Below are positions 62,670 through 64,000 of a DNA stretch of 64,000 nt, piece by piece (position 1 is the first letter of the stretch; every line of letters starts with the position of its first letter). Both the position numbers and the translations under genes were made by a program. The notes beneath the pieces were generated by a model. It saw nothing but the letters and a program-made list of their open reading frames with translations. It made no database searches and was not told the origin of the DNA. This DNA comes from Verrucomicrobiia bacterium (lineage in GTDB: Bacteria > Verrucomicrobiota > Verrucomicrobiia > Limisphaerales > UBA11358): the NCBI GenBank assembly GCA_049692125.1, contig JBAVOO010000038.1, forward strand, positions 5,588 to 69,587. The letters are read 5' to 3'.

Positions 62670-63080
62670 ATGAAAAAAATAATTGCACTCTCGCTTGTCT
62701 TTATTTCGGTAATTATCAGTGGTTGTAAGCCAAATACGCAGCCCATAGACACGCACCCAGCAAACCTTGTTGGAAAATGGAAAGCGGAGTTCACAACGAA
62801 AATCACTCCATTAATGGCTTCAGAAAGAGAAGCGAATGTCACAATCGGAATAACTACAGAAACGAATGGCTCGGCTAACTTTGAGGAAATAGAAGTAGCG
62901 CATAATCTCACTCCTCAAACTGAAACCATATCAGGGTCTTGGAAGCAGACAGGTGATTATCTGATCATTGAGAAATCCAATGGCGGGTTTGTTGCGTTCC
63001 GCATCTCTACTCAATCTACAAACCAATTAACAGTTTTTGCCCGAACGGGAAAGACGATTCAATTCAATCGAATTCCTTAA
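62670..63080 (+). CDS. Small lipoprotein, function unknown
   Basis: MKKIIALSLVFISVIISGC lipobox. 136 aa, lower GC. Confidence 0.6.
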   Translation: MKKIIALSLVFISVIISGCKPNTQPIDTHPANLVGKWKAEFTTKITPLMASEREANVTIGITTETNGSANFEEIEVAHNLTPQTETISGSWKQTGDYLIIEKSNGGFVAFRISTQSTNQLTVFARTGKTIQFNRIP

Positions 63081-63129
63081 ATTATTTGGAAAACCTAATA
63101 GCAGGCCGAGGCTGGAAAGGAATTTCTTT

Positions 63130-64000
63130 ATGAAATTAAAAAAACTGCCGCTTGCCGCATTTGCTTTTTGCGGTTTCTTCAATGCCGTTAATCCCGTCTT
63201 CGCTCAAAACTGGATTGGCACAAGTGCGCCCGGTAAAGGTTGGGTTTCCGTCGCCTGTTCTGCTGATGGAACGAAATTGGTGGCGGTGCCTGACGGTGAC
63301 TTTATTTACACCTCGACTAATTCGGGAGCAACGTGGACGGCGGCGATCACTGCGCCAAACGCCAATTGGCAAGCGGTAGCCTCATCCACGAACGGAAGTA
63401 AATTAGTGGCGGTGGTCTATTCCGGTTTGATTTACACTTCAACCAATTCGGGAGCAACGTGGACGGCGGCCACTGCGCCAAGCACAAATTGGCAAGCAGT
63501 AGCCTCTTCGGCAGACGGAAATAATTTAGTAGCTGCGGTGAGTGGCGGATTGATTTACGTCTCGAACGATTCAGGAACAACTTGGGCAGCAACCAGTGCG
63601 ACCAGCACGAATTGGGCCTCTATCGCCTCGTCAGCGGATGGAACAATGATAATGGCAGCGGTGCATGACGGTTTGATTTACAACTCGACTGATTCAGGGG
63701 CAACTTGGGCAGCAACCAGTGCGCCGAGCGACGGTTGGACTTCCATCGCCTCTTCTGCTGATGGAACCAAACTGATAGCAGCAGCATGGCAATCTGGATA
63801 TGGCGACAATCTGGTTTACACTTCAGCCGATTCGGGAACAACTTGGACAGCAACGAGTCTCGGCAGTGGTGTATGGTCTTCTGTTGCTTCTTCAGCGGAT
63901 GGAACAAAATTGGTGGCAGTATTAGGTGGACTTTATAATTTCGGCGGTCCGATCTTTGCCTCGACAAATTCGGGAGCAACTTGGGTTTTGACCGGTCCGA
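63130..64000 (+). CDS. Secreted BNR/Asp-box repeat beta-propeller protein (partial; runs off the right edge)
   Basis: Hand translation shows a signal peptide MKLKKLPLAAFAFCGFFNAVNPVFAQ. It is followed by at least 7 units of about 40 aa of the type W.S.A.SADG.KL.A....G.IY.S.(N/D)SG.TW (Asp-box SxDxGxTW). Confidence 0.75.
   Translation, partial: MKLKKLPLAAFAFCGFFNAVNPVFAQNWIGTSAPGKGWVSVACSADGTKLVAVPDGDFIYTSTNSGATWTAAITAPNANWQAVASSTNGSKLVAVVYSGLIYTSTNSGATWTAATAPSTNWQAVASSADGNNLVAAVSGGLIYVSNDSGTTWAATSATSTNWASIASSADGTMIMAAVHDGLIYNSTDSGATWAATSAPSDGWTSIASSADGTKLIAAAWQSGYGDNLVYTSADSGTTWTATSLGSGVWSSVASSADGTKLVAVLGGLYNFGGPIFASTNSGATWVLTGP

Overview
High-GC window, probably from a PVC/Verrucomicrobia-like genome. 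This is inferred from a PEP-CTERM protein, prepilin/DUF1559-type proteins and the characteristic interspersed repeats. It is organised around molybdenum enzymes and purine breakdown.

Gene content, left to right:
- 1-136: mutS 5' end.
- 348-12575: an IorAB-like Mo-hydroxylase; a single-polypeptide xanthine dehydrogenase; a low-GC orphan nuclease-like gene; an AzgA-type purine permease; a UPF0175/DUF3368 toxin-antitoxin pair; adenine deaminase.
- 12795-29247: a variant of the E. coli ygeW-ygeY-ssnA-ygfK-xdhD/ygfM-yqeA-type (anaerobic-type) purine/urate cluster. It carries three different fold-type-II PLP enzymes and only a 48-codon stub of the hydantoinase gene.
- 29463-34273: glutamate decarboxylase, an MFS transporter, a decayed SRAP gene, an SGNH-like hydrolase and a prepilin-type fragment.
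- 34689-46517: xdhC, mocA, moaA, mog, moaC, a moaE-moeA fusion and moaD. These are followed by a putative ModE-controlled operon with a TupA-like binding protein and a TauE/TSUP permease but no ABC components.
- 46908-57253: a translationally coupled glycogen phosphorylase / PGM / RpiB / phosphoketolase / acetate kinase / aldolase operon.
- 59631-64000: tRNA-Phe, an integrase and a lower-GC island.

The most unusual feature is the density of palindromic multi-hairpin repeats, in at least five families. Several sit in frame inside genes. Three of them form the exact linker of gene fusions: XdhA-XdhB, FAD-FeS subunits, and MoaE-MoeA.

No rRNA or CRISPR array was seen. All calls come from reading the translations and the DNA by eye; no searches were run.
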